The notes below the pieces were generated by a model, which was given only the letters and a program-made list of their open reading frames with translations, ran no database searches and was not told the DNA's origin. DNA of 64,000 nt from Magallana gigas (taxonomy: Eukaryota): positions 49,600,001 through 49,664,000 of the forward strand of contig NC_088855.1 of NCBI RefSeq assembly GCF_963853765.1, read 5' to 3'. Of this stretch, positions 28,505 to 40,600 are shown piece by piece (the stretch's first letter is position 1; each line of letters opens with the position of its first letter). The position numbers were made by a program, and so were the translations under genes.

Positions 28505-28580
28505 TGAATTCTATTGGTTAAAACCTACTTCCTGGCAATTCATTGGCTGTAGAATATTTACACGAATTTTAAAACGAAGG
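28505..28580 (+). promoter_or_regulatory. UBE2C proximal promoter: two inverted CCAAT boxes and a CHR-like TTTAAA
   Basis: ATTGG at 28513 and 28542 and TTTAAA at about 28568-28573, 45-100 bp upstream of the ATG at 28616. This resembles the NF-Y plus CHR layout of G2/M genes. Confidence 0.5.
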
Positions 28581-28615
28581 CAAGTTGGAACATCTTTCTG
28601 GAGCTTGTAAACAAA

Positions 28616-31600
28616 ATGGCAACACAGAATACTAACCCTGCTGCCCAAACAACAGGAAGGAGCAAGGACATGTCCAGCTCTTCAAATCAAGCTCGAGATA
28701 ACCACTCGGTCAGCAAACGGTATGTCATATAACAACGATTTTCATAAAACGGTGTAAAAGATAAATGTTATCAGTTTGTTGAAATATTGAAATAAGTGAG
28801 AAACAGGCAAAATATTACCAATGAACATGGTGAAAGCAAATTAATAAAATTTCTAGATATGTCTCAAATCCAGTACAGTTTCCCAGTGCGGCAATTTTGT
28901 AACCCGGTTACACAAGGATGAGAAATGATGATCCTTATGTAGAGTCAAAAAAGAATCAGGTATATCTTAGATAAGGTAAATCATTTAAGAAAAACTTATA
29001 CAAATTTGTATAAGAGAGGGAAGACCATTGTTTTAGAGAAAATCTCCGAAACAGAGTTCCAAGGGTTACGAGGGTAACAGACCCTTGTTTCTATATAAAT
29101 CTCTGTTCTGAAACAGGGTTACAAGGGTTACAGACCCTCGTTTCTATACTAAGCTCTGTTCTGAAACAGGGTTACAAGGGTTACGAGGGTTACAGACCCT
29201 TGTTTCTATAGTAAGCTCTGTTCTGAAACAGGGTTACAAGGGTTACAGACCCTTATTTATATACTAAGCTCTGTTCTGAAACAGGGTTACAAGGGTTACG
29301 AGGGTTACAGACCCTTGTTTCTATAGTAAGCTCTGTTCTGAAACAGGGTTACAAGGGTTACGAGGGTTACAGACCCTTATTTCTATATAAATCTCTGTTC
29401 TGAAACAAGGTTACAAGGGTTACGAGGGTTACAGACCCTTGTGTCTATATAAATCTCTGTTCTGAAACAGGGTTACAAGGGTTACGAGGGTTACAGACCC
29501 TTATTTCTATAGTAAGCTCTGTTCTGAAACAGGGTTACAAGGGTTACGAGGGTTACAGACCCTTGTTCATATACTAAGCTCTGTTCTGAAACAGGGTTAC
29601 AAGGGTTACGAGGGTTACAGACCCTTGTGTCTATATAAATCTCTGTTCTGAAACAGGGTTACAAGGGTTACGAGGGTTACAGACCCTTATTTCTATAGTA
29701 GGCTCTGTTCTGAAACAGGGTTACAAGGGTTACGAGGGTTACAGACCCTTGTTCATATACTAAGCTCTGTTCTGAAACAGGGTTACAAGGGTTACGAGGG
29801 TTACAGACCCTTGTTTCTATAGTAAGCTCTGTTCTGAAACAGGGTTACAAGGGTTACGAGGGTTACAGACCCTTGTTTATATACTAAGCTATGCTATTAG
29901 ACAGGATTACAAGGGTTATGAGGGTAACAGACCTTTTTTTCTATACATATCTATGCTCTAAGACAGGGTTACAGGGATTATAGCAGACCATGGTATCTTA
30001 TTGAATTGTATCTATCTGAACCATTGAAAGAGTTACTAACTTTTGATTCATACTGTCCATTTCATTTCATTTCACTTAGCATTTTACAGTAAAGTCTATG
30101 TGTAGCATCCGATTTGTATGATTTGAATTTCAAACAAATATGTGGTAGCGAAAATTTCCATAAACTTGGAATGTTAATTAACATATACTACATATTTTTT
30201 TTTGTTGACAAATTGAAAATATTTAATTTTCAACAAAGATAACATTTCATAATTATATCATCATCTGAGTTCATATCACTTTCATTGATTAATCTCTATA
30301 AATATTCTTTGACTCTTCTAAATTTTCTTTTTCATGAAGTAAAATTCAAACTGTTATAAAAAAGAATCCAACATGAATTTTAATTAGTGTCTCTACTTTA
30401 TCTCTTCAATATTTTAGATTCCAATATTAAAAAAAAAAATACCTGCTTAAAATTTCATTACTTTTCATTGCATTTATATATAAATAATTGCTAAATGGTT
30501 AAATTCAATGAGTCCTTGTTCTGCTGTGACCTTTCTCCATTGTTTTTATGTTTCTTCAGTATTAGTATACTGTGTATAGATGGTTAATCAAAAGTGTCTA
30601 TAATTGATATCTTTTTTCATCAGAATTCTTTGATACAACCACTTTGAGTCTCCTTTTGCCCACTTTTAAAGATTGATATGTCAAAGTGTTTTGCAGTCAG
30701 CTTTTTGTTGATATCTTTTATCCATTAACTATCATTGCACCCTACATGTGACAAAATACAATAGAAATAATTGTATCAAAGAAGAAACATGTGCTGTATA
30801 TTTTATTATACATAATTGCTCGGCATGCCACATAACATACAAACACAACAGAATCAGTTAAATTAAAATTGTTGAATAAATAGAATTGTTTAAAATACAT
30901 TTTAAATATAATAAATGCTCTTCCAATCAACAATAACTGAAATATAGATAAATGATTGTTGACATACACATGTTAACATTACGAGTAACAATAACTCGTA
31001 CATAGTGAACTGTAAATAAAAAATGAACATCAACAATATTAAATCCAATCAACATGAACAGAATCATAAGCGGTTAATATGATATGTATTCTGATAATGA
31101 TCTGTTCATGTTAATTCATTTAGTAAATCTAAAAAAAATCATAACTTTTTTGATGGTTACAAACAGAATTTTTCACAAGAGGTCATAATTCCAGAATAAG
31201 GGGCAACACTCAGTGGCAATGTCTGCAGTTCCAGGGATTTCCTCCGATGGTTTTGTACGCCTGTACGGAGATCCCTGCACAACTCCGATGGTACCACTGC
31301 TGGCATCCATCACAGCAAAGCCAAAGGAGGCCTCTTCTCCCTTTCTTTCCACAAGTGGCACAAAGGTCCTTAAAAAAAGAAACCATACTTTACTAATTTG
31401 GCACACTCTCATCTAAATCAGCATTTAAATCAAATCCTACGTTTTTCACGTAGTGAATTCCCCATATACACACATTCCTATATTTTTATAACTATACTGA
31501 GTACAAGACTAAAATGAATAAAATGGATAACAACATTTTCTGATATGCCAATTAAACTCGATCTGCTTTATTATATACTTATGTATGGAATAAGAAATCA

Positions 31601-34600
31601 TTCTTTGGGGTGACAAGTTAAGTCCAGAGTGTGGTCAAATCCAATAAATTAAGCCTGAAGGACTTTATGCTAGATTCGACCATGCTTTAACCAAAACTAT
31701 CACCTCATAATAATGACACCTCATTACTTGGTTATATTTCCAAGTTCTTCACTTTAAAACAACATTTCAAAAGCACTATGATTTTATGTAGCACATGCAA
31801 AGTATTACTATGCGGCGCAGCCAATACAAATTCTTGCTTATATTATAGGACATGCCCATTTTGTGTTGCTCATCTTTTATAAAATTATTGGGCTATAGGC
31901 TTCAAAATTGATTTGTAATGTTATCACTAACAAAGACAGTTGAAATGGAAATATTGTATAATTAAGCTTTTAGAATGTGTTTTCATTAAATAGTGATCTC
32001 TCACATCAAATTGATCTAAACATTCATTATGTTAGTGGAAGCATTAGCATACTTACACTCATCGGTACCCTCTGAACAGACTCCAGAGGCAGTCTGGGTG
32101 GGGAGGGGAGGGGCTCATCTGCTTGATGTCCTTCTTCTATTGGGGTGCCCATGTCCACTGACATATTCCCCATCATTTCAATGAATGGTGGGGGTGGAAA
32201 GTCATTGGAGATTGACCCATTTAGTGATGGTAGAGGTGGTGGTGGTGGAGGAAGGTCACCCATGTCAAAGGAATCCTGTTCCGTGTCCGGGGTATCTACT
32301 ACAGAGAATTATTATATTCGTTAAATTTTCTTCAGAGTTTAACTATTATGAAGATCAATAGCTCATGTTACTTCAATATTAAAGTGTCACTACTAGATTT
32401 GGTGTCTCTAATCAATTTGCATTGTTATCATTCCATTTAAAAGAATTGTCTTGATGATTTAATTTTGAGCCCAACTGTATATAATTATAATTTCAAATCA
32501 TGTTACCATTGTCCTCGATCTCTGGGAAGGTTGTTTCCCTCACTCTGCAGGTTTCTTCAACTTCAACGTCAGATTCTACAAAAACAAAAAAAATGGATAT
32601 CAATGATCTGTACACTCTGTTTTTAGTCAAAAAAAGAGCAGCACATTAAGGAGGATTGATGGTCAACAAATTAACCATCAGATCTACCTTAAACTTTCAC
32701 ATCTGACAATATGACCATAAACTAATATTGAGAAAAGTGAAAAAGTCGAATATTTATGCTTTCAAATTTGAGCATAATGCCATATATCATACTGAGAGAA
32801 GGTAAATATAACCTAAAAACGGACACTATTCTCCAGCCCTCTGAACTAAGAGTAAAAGATTGGGGTCTATTCTGAACAGAGTACCACACTAGATAACTGA
32901 ACAATTGGGTTTCTTTTTTAAGTCATGAATCAATTGCAAAAACACTTGATTGAGACAAATGATTATAATTTCAAATCATGTTACCATTGTCCTGGATCTC
33001 TGGGAAGGTTGTTTCCCTAACTCTGGTTTCTTCCACTTCATCGTCAGATTCTACAAAAACAAAAAAAATGGATATCAATGACTTGTACATGCTTTGCTTT
33101 TAGTAAAAAAATGTGCAATATCGAGGAGTTGTATGAAAAATCTCAAAATTATTTTCTATTCAATAAAATATAATTCCTCTGAAGGAGCTCATCATAAGAA
33201 CAAATGCATGAAACTTAAGTGTACACTACTTCTTATAAGATCATCATAAGGAAAATTGAGACTGCTCTATAATATGGTTTGTGTATCTCTTTTAAATTAC
33301 AAGCTGACCTTGATGTAATATATCACACTATAAAGCAAACAATGAATCTCTGTTAGGAATTACCTGAGGTAAGGCATCGAATGGTGTCTTCAGATAAAAC
33401 ACTCATGGGGATTTTCGCGACTTTCCTCACTTTCCCCATAATCCTCCCTGATTTGTTGATCTCTGCCCCAGGCGTGTTTTTTAGGACAGCAACCACTTCA
33501 GAAACTGCAATGTTCAAAGCTGCTGCTGCTCTGGCCTTGTCCAGCAGGACGGAGTCCTCCAAACATCTGAGGATGTCTTTTTTCTCCTAGAAAATTGAAA
33601 TATAATGTAAGAGAAGGTGGATATGTTTGGATAAATATGGCAGATATAATCATTACTTTTAAAGTGTATTTTATGACCTTTTAATATTTATTAATAAAGA
33701 CATGAACTCACATGTTGGCACAACCCTCCAAGTTCTTTCAACATTCGATTTGCTGCTTTGGATGGTTGGTGGTTCAAAGTTGTATTTTCGTGGTAGGGCA
33801 GCAACACATCCTTCACATATGCCCTGACTTGCTGCCACAAATGCCCTTTCTCTGTAACCTCCAGCATCTAAATAAAAAAATTAATGCATTAATTTTCTGT
33901 CTATTACTAGTACTGGTATATATTTTCTCATGTTCAGCTTTTAATGAGGCCGACTTTAATTTTCACTGCCTGTGGTTTTGCCTTATCTAATGAAATACAG
34001 TGTATTTATACTTTTTTTTATGAATTTTTTCCTATATCACTCATAAAATTAAAAGTAAGTAACAAAATACAGATAAAAATACTTCGATTTGGAAAGGGAA
34101 AATGTTCTTTCAAATGATTTTTCCAGTGTATGGTAGGTGAGCATTGCCATTGTGTTTTTGACATTATGATAAAAAGATTAAGCTTCGAAGTACGTTAAAG
34201 GAAATAACACAACAAAATATGTAAACACATATTTCAATTTGAGGAAAATCACTTGTTATGTATGCAGCTAAGGCCATTGCAATTTTTTTCTTTGTTTAGC
34301 GTCCACCCAAAACTCAAAAACCTATCCTGGCCTATATAAGCATAATGTTATCTTGTAGATTTTATATAAATTAACTGGAATACAAATTAAAATTTTTTAT
34401 ATCAATTCAACAGGTTTTTCATTACCTTTTTGCAAATAATCAGAGGGAGAGCAATGCCCTCTGCAACTCTGATGTCCAGTCCTTCCAGATAAGACAGCAA
34501 TCCCGATGTTACGTTTGCAATCTCCTCCGCTTCAATTTCGCTGGCCATCAACTTAAGGGAAATGAAAGCAGAGGAGGCTGCAATTGCTGCCTTAGTAAGA

Positions 34601-37600
34601 ACTGCAAAGGTGCCTGGTTGGGGGTTGGCCTTGGGTCTTAAAAAGACTATGACGAACAGCCTGGAGTGATACCTTCAAAATTAAAAGTATTTCATTAGTA
34701 AGAGATTACCGGTATTAAAATTGTCCCAATAACAATTTACCTGGCCAATGTTTTACATCATTTTCTTGTTTTTTGTTCAACTATGATATAAACCTTCAAA
34801 ACTGTTTATTCCATGGAAGGCAGGAGCCTTATTTTTGAAAACCATTGAAGGCCTTAGCAAAATGCTGACATTTTTTAGGAAAGTTATGGTTCATCATTTT
34901 ATTGTATTTGGGCGACAGTTTTTATTTACCGGTACTTATGATGCATAATATCTTGAATAGGACTGGCCAATCATTATAACTATTTACCAACACTATACAG
35001 TATCAACTATTTTTTAAAGCCCTCCCAAATTTCAAATAATCTCTATAAATTATTGTCATTCATTGAAAAAAAATAGTAGTTTTTGACAGATAGGACATGC
35101 TTACTTTTCCATCTGATGGATGTCGAAGTTGGCTGTCACAAGGCACGCTGTCTGAGGGAACTGGTGTCCTCCCGATTTTCCCCTTGCTGCACCATTGGCC
35201 AAGTCCACAGCAACCTGTTTGACATCTGCTACTGAAGTAGGGTCATCCCATACAAAGGGAAGGGTGGACTTAGCAAAAGCATCCGTCAGATAGGTTAGGG
35301 TATCTCTGAAAATGATACATTGAAGTCAATATTTAAGGTTACATTCAAAACAAAAGCTTGAATAAATACTTGAACGACCTCAATGGTTAATGCATCAAGT
35401 AATAATGGCATGGAAGTTGGATATATCCATGTACTTATCACTTTACCAGCTACAATTGAAAACTAAAGGATAAAAAATCCTAATCAACATTTTACTACCG
35501 GTATTTTTTTGTCTTTGGTTTTTTTATATATATTTTTTTAAGAACTAGTTACCAGCAATAACTATAACAAAGTAGAAAAAAAATCATGTTCCAAGTTTTT
35601 GTGATTATTAGTGATTATTAGGTCATTCTGTTTTATATCATATATTGTTAGAGTCAGATGTGTAAAAGGTTTTTCTAATTACCTGCTGGTGATGGATTCA
35701 TCCAAGGAAAGCCCACTGAAGAGTCCTGCACACTGTGCAACCAAAGTCTTTCCTACTTTAGGTGGTCCAAATAGAAGGGGGAGGTTAAAATGTCCCAACT
35801 TGGCCAAGATGTCTCTGCGAAGGACGAAAAAAAGTTTTAGTCAATTGCATACAGTAAATGTATACCATATTGTCTTAAGGGGCATGGTCTTGATTTTGGT
35901 CAAATTCTATTTTTTCTGTTTACTTACAATGCTTTAGGAATGCATTCCCAATATTCAAATGAAATTTGAAAGTCAGTTGTAGAATTATAAGCAGGATACA
36001 TGGCTCACAGTTTTTGTCAAAGCTCATATGCCCTGTTTTTGTTTACATTATATGTTCAATATACCTGTATAAAATCTAGAAAATCATTTTCAAGCTAATT
36101 TGCATATCTTCTTAATAAATTTGAACATAAAAAAACAGGTCCTTATGTTTGACACATTGATTTTAGGTGTAAAACTGGAATTTTAACTTCAACATTAAAA
36201 AGTTAAAGCTTTGTTTACATAGCAAAGAAATGTAAGCTTTGTAACTTTCAGAATGACACTTAAATGTTGGTTGCCTATTAAAATGCCTTTCGAAGCGTAG
36301 TACAAAAATCAAAATTGATAAAATAATTTTTGACCAAAATCGTCACCATGCCCCTTTACGAAAAATTATTGTCATTGAATGTAAAAGCCACATTTCCAAA
36401 TCAAGCATTTCAATGTTTCATGTATCTTCTTTAATATATTTATCTGGTTTGCTTCAGATAAGATTAACACACATCTCTGGATAAAACCTGTTATTGTTTT
36501 ACAGACACCATCTTTGATCTTAACAATTAAAGCAAATGCTTGTGTCCTTGACACCCCCCCCCCACACACTTTATAATAAATCTGTCAACAGACAGTAACA
36601 AATCATATACGAATAAATGTAAATCCTGACTTAATGTACAACAATATTTTTTCTGTTTTAAGGTTTAAGGTTGACTTTATTAAACCTGATATCTTATAAG
36701 ATGAAAAAGCTGTCATTACTAGATTTACACATTCTCAAGTTTTTAATTACCTGTAGTTTGCCATCATCAGCATGCAACTCAAAGAGAGCAGGGCTGGGAC
36801 AAAGTTGTCTCTTAGTTGTGTGTGTGCCAACTCTATGAACCTTGATAAAGGATTAAGGCCAGGAGGTTCGGCAAACTGTCTGGCCATTCCTTGGGGTGGG
36901 CAGCCAGGCCATCCTGGTATCCACATGAATGGGTTGGAAGCTGGTGGAATCTTAAAATAAATGGATTGAATTACTATTGGTTTTAGGAGGCTACATGCTA
37001 TTTCTAGTAGTTTTTTAAAATTATAAATTTTATAAAAAATGAGATACACCTTTATTTATATATTGACATTTCTGTACAATCTGGAGTTGAACCATTCGCT
37101 AGCTTGCATGTGAATTTTAAATTTTTTAATAATTTTAACATTTTGTGTTTGTAGATCATCTTTCAGTCACGTAAATAACCCCCAAAATTGACAAAACTGA
37201 AATTTCCGCAACCTTATTGCGCGTCATTTTATAGCCCTAAAACACCCCAAAACATATTCCAAGAGATGATTTAATTGTCTATTGTTGAAAATGTAGGAGT
37301 AGTTTGAGGAAGGAGGTTTTTTGGTGGAAAAAAGTCATTTTATACCAATCATTTGACCCCAAGACTACAGGTACTAGAGAATTTTTGAAACCTCTTTACA
37401 AAACAACATGCCAAACTATATTGAACTCTAGGAGTTCAGTTTGCTGGTTTATAAGATGTAAGAGCAGTTTGAGAATTCGTCCTCTATTTCGTCCAAGATA
37501 CAGAATTTACACGTGCGCTCAGTGGGAGGTATATCATCAAGTCCACATGCTTTAGAATTGCCAATTAGTATACTTACTGATCAAGAATACCCTGATCACT

Positions 37601-40600
37601 TACATACATGTATATGTATTCAAAATTAGGAAAGTCATATTTTGGAGGTCCAGGATCATGCATGTTCAGGCAAGTTTGATTCATTTCAATATGATAAATA
37701 CTTAAAAAAAGAAAGTACAGTGTATTTAGTTTTTGAGCAATATCAATGCGATGAATCAGTTTTCTTCCATTATGAGTTTTGAAAGGGGGTGGGGGAGAAT
37801 TTTTTTACTATAACCTACCACTCTTCTGTTGGAAGGACTTATCAACAAGTTATGAAACCGTGCAGTTGCTTTATACCCTCTCCTGCTCTTTCGCACCAAA
37901 TCGAAAACTTCATTAAGCATGTTAAGTAACTTTTGAAATTTCTGCCAATGTATTAAATTTGGATGTTTTTGTAATTTTTGCTTTTTTGTGTATATTGGTT
38001 TTCTTTGCCTCATTTTCTGTAGAATTTCTGTTGTACAGGCCTTATCAGTAGGGCGTATTGTAGTTTGTTTGGTGTTTGTTTATAACAAATGACGTAATAC
38101 AATATATATAAGATATAAAGTTTTGATTTACATCATTGATGTTATTACAATAGTTAAACACTGATTCATACCAGTTTATATTCAGTAGGTCATCATAATT
38201 TGGACCTTGATAATATATGCCATATTGTAGTTTCTTCGATGAAATGCTAGTTGTTTATATATTATGTTTATTTTTAAGAAAAATTTCTATAATTAGTAAC
38301 AAGCGAGTATTACATAATTAGGTTCATATACAATTACATTTTTTGACTTTGTTAGAATCATTTGTTTGTACTAAGTAAATACAAGTGCACATAAAATTTT
38401 GTAAAATTTGAACATTACCGGTACTTATATTCATGCAGTCTTTGTAAAAGATGCTTATATATATATAATGAATTAATTATTTCCAGATACATTAAATATT
38501 TACATTTAATCTCACTGAAAGAAGAAATAATTTCATTAAATTAGTATCCTTTGCTCTTTCTGTGTTACTGGTTACTTTCAAATTACCCAGTACTAAATTG
38601 ATTTCAATTATTTCTCTTAATCTAAGCTTACCTAAATCCATTTATATTCCTGATCAGCATTCTTGTTTATAAGATATATGCATGGAAAGAATTATTCAAA
38701 AGCAAAAAATATAAAAATTAAAAAAAATAAAAAAAAACCTTAAGTTTATGCCATGTTACTAGCTAGGGTAGTTATCGGTAATCAAATTGTCTGTAAGAAA
38801 TATTTAATTTGTCTCTTGAATGGATTGATCAAGCCAATCAGCAACTTTTTTTTTTAATGGAGGCTGTGTAATTTATCTGGACATTATACAGTGTTAAATT
38901 AGCATTTTTAAAGTTTTCACTGTGCAATATTATCTTATGAAGATTGGGACCAATGTTATATTTAGATCTGGTGACTTAATAGTTAAAGGAATGATAAATA
39001 TAATTTTTTTAATTGGTATTGATAATCCATGTAAGCTCTTAGAAAAACTTTTTGATTCTACTTCTTTACTGTTGTGAAATATGGGGAGTGGATCTCTCAT
39101 TGAAAGATATTTCACTTATCGAAAAATTTGATGTAAAATTTCTTGGATTACATTGCAAAGCATCTAATGCTGGTTGTTTGGCAGAATTAAACAGGTTACC
39201 ACTTTGGTCTAAAATCTCATTCTCAAGCATTAAATATTGGAATCACTTGATAACGTCTTATTCTTTGGCATTTAAATTATATCTGGGATTGATCAATTCC
39301 AATTCCTGGACTAAGAAAATTTATGGCATCCTAGATAATTTGGGATTCTCAAACATTAGTAATTATAAAAGCACAATTCAACACTTTTTACCAAACATAA
39401 AGCAAAGATGATCATTGCAATTGACCAACTGTATCCAAGTAGATATATGAGCAATCATCAAAAATTTTTAGTTCAGAAAAACTTTCATTTTTTCAAAAAT
39501 TATATATGAGAAAAAGAAGTCCTTATGTTGATATACATTATAGAGATCCTCTATTAGTAGAATAAGATTAAGTGCACATAAACTTGCAATAGAAAGTGGT
39601 AGATTTAATGCCACATTTAGGAATGAAAGATATTGTAATGCTTGTAAAACTGCTGCAATTGAAGATGAAACTCATTTTCTTTTTCAATGTAAAGCCTATT
39701 CTCATCTAAGGAACAGGTATTTTAGTAATTTTTAAAAGATAATTAAAATAAATATTGCCAATAACTTGCACAAAGAAAGATACATTTACATGTATGTTTA
39801 AATAGTGAAATACATACTATTCTAAAAGTTACTGTTATTAATAAATTCATTAACTTTTGAACACAGATATCAATTAGTCTAAGGAAATGTTAAACTGATA
39901 TATATAGATCAGTAAAAATATATATACTGTACATGCATGTAGTTATTGTAAACATACAATGATGTTCCTATATATCCATTGGGCCTTAATTGCCAATTAT
40001 TGTAATTGAGTTTGTGCCAATAAAATATTTGTATTTGTATTTATCATATTTAAAAAAAAATTGAAGCTAATAATTGCATGTCAATGCAACCGGCCAGAAC
40101 CCTTTACTGAAAACAGCAGGGCATTATAAATATTTTTAATCGTTGGATAAAAATTAGTTTTATAATATGTGATGAAAAAAAAATCTAATTTTCCTTACCT
40201 TAAGATATATTGCATTAATGGCTCCAGGTTTGTTGTGACCTATCTCACAGACTGGTGACAATGATGATAGATGCAAATTGTACAGAGGATAAGTCTATGA
40301 AGTTCTCTGAATATCTTTCATCTTGCAAGTTGAAAGCCATTGATGTGTACATCTCCATCACAAGATAATTCACGTAATGCTTTTGATGAAATAATTTTCA
40401 CACCTTTACATTGTCTTCTTCATCTCTGCTTTGTTCTGCTCAACGAATCCGTAATATACAAACCCGTGTTAGTTCATATAAAATGGATTAGCATTCTTTC
40501 ATTTAGCAAGTTAAAAGCTATTATGTGTACATCTCCTTCACAGGTAAATTCAGGTAATGCTTCTGAGGGTCAACCAATTTCACACCTTAAGAGAATACCC

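Noticed and set aside
30000-31170. Second ORF or transposase inside the 12.6-kb element
   Set aside because: A purine-rich minus-strand stretch at 30500-30740 follows an acceptor-like site but has stops in all frames and no DDE, HUH or tyrosine-recombinase motif that I can see.
38700-39050. Twin-primed (5'-inverted) LINE insertion
   Set aside because: The minus-strand piece has only weak RT-like words (VPIF, PDNY-like), is too short to reach the start of the sense segment, and no TSD could be identified.
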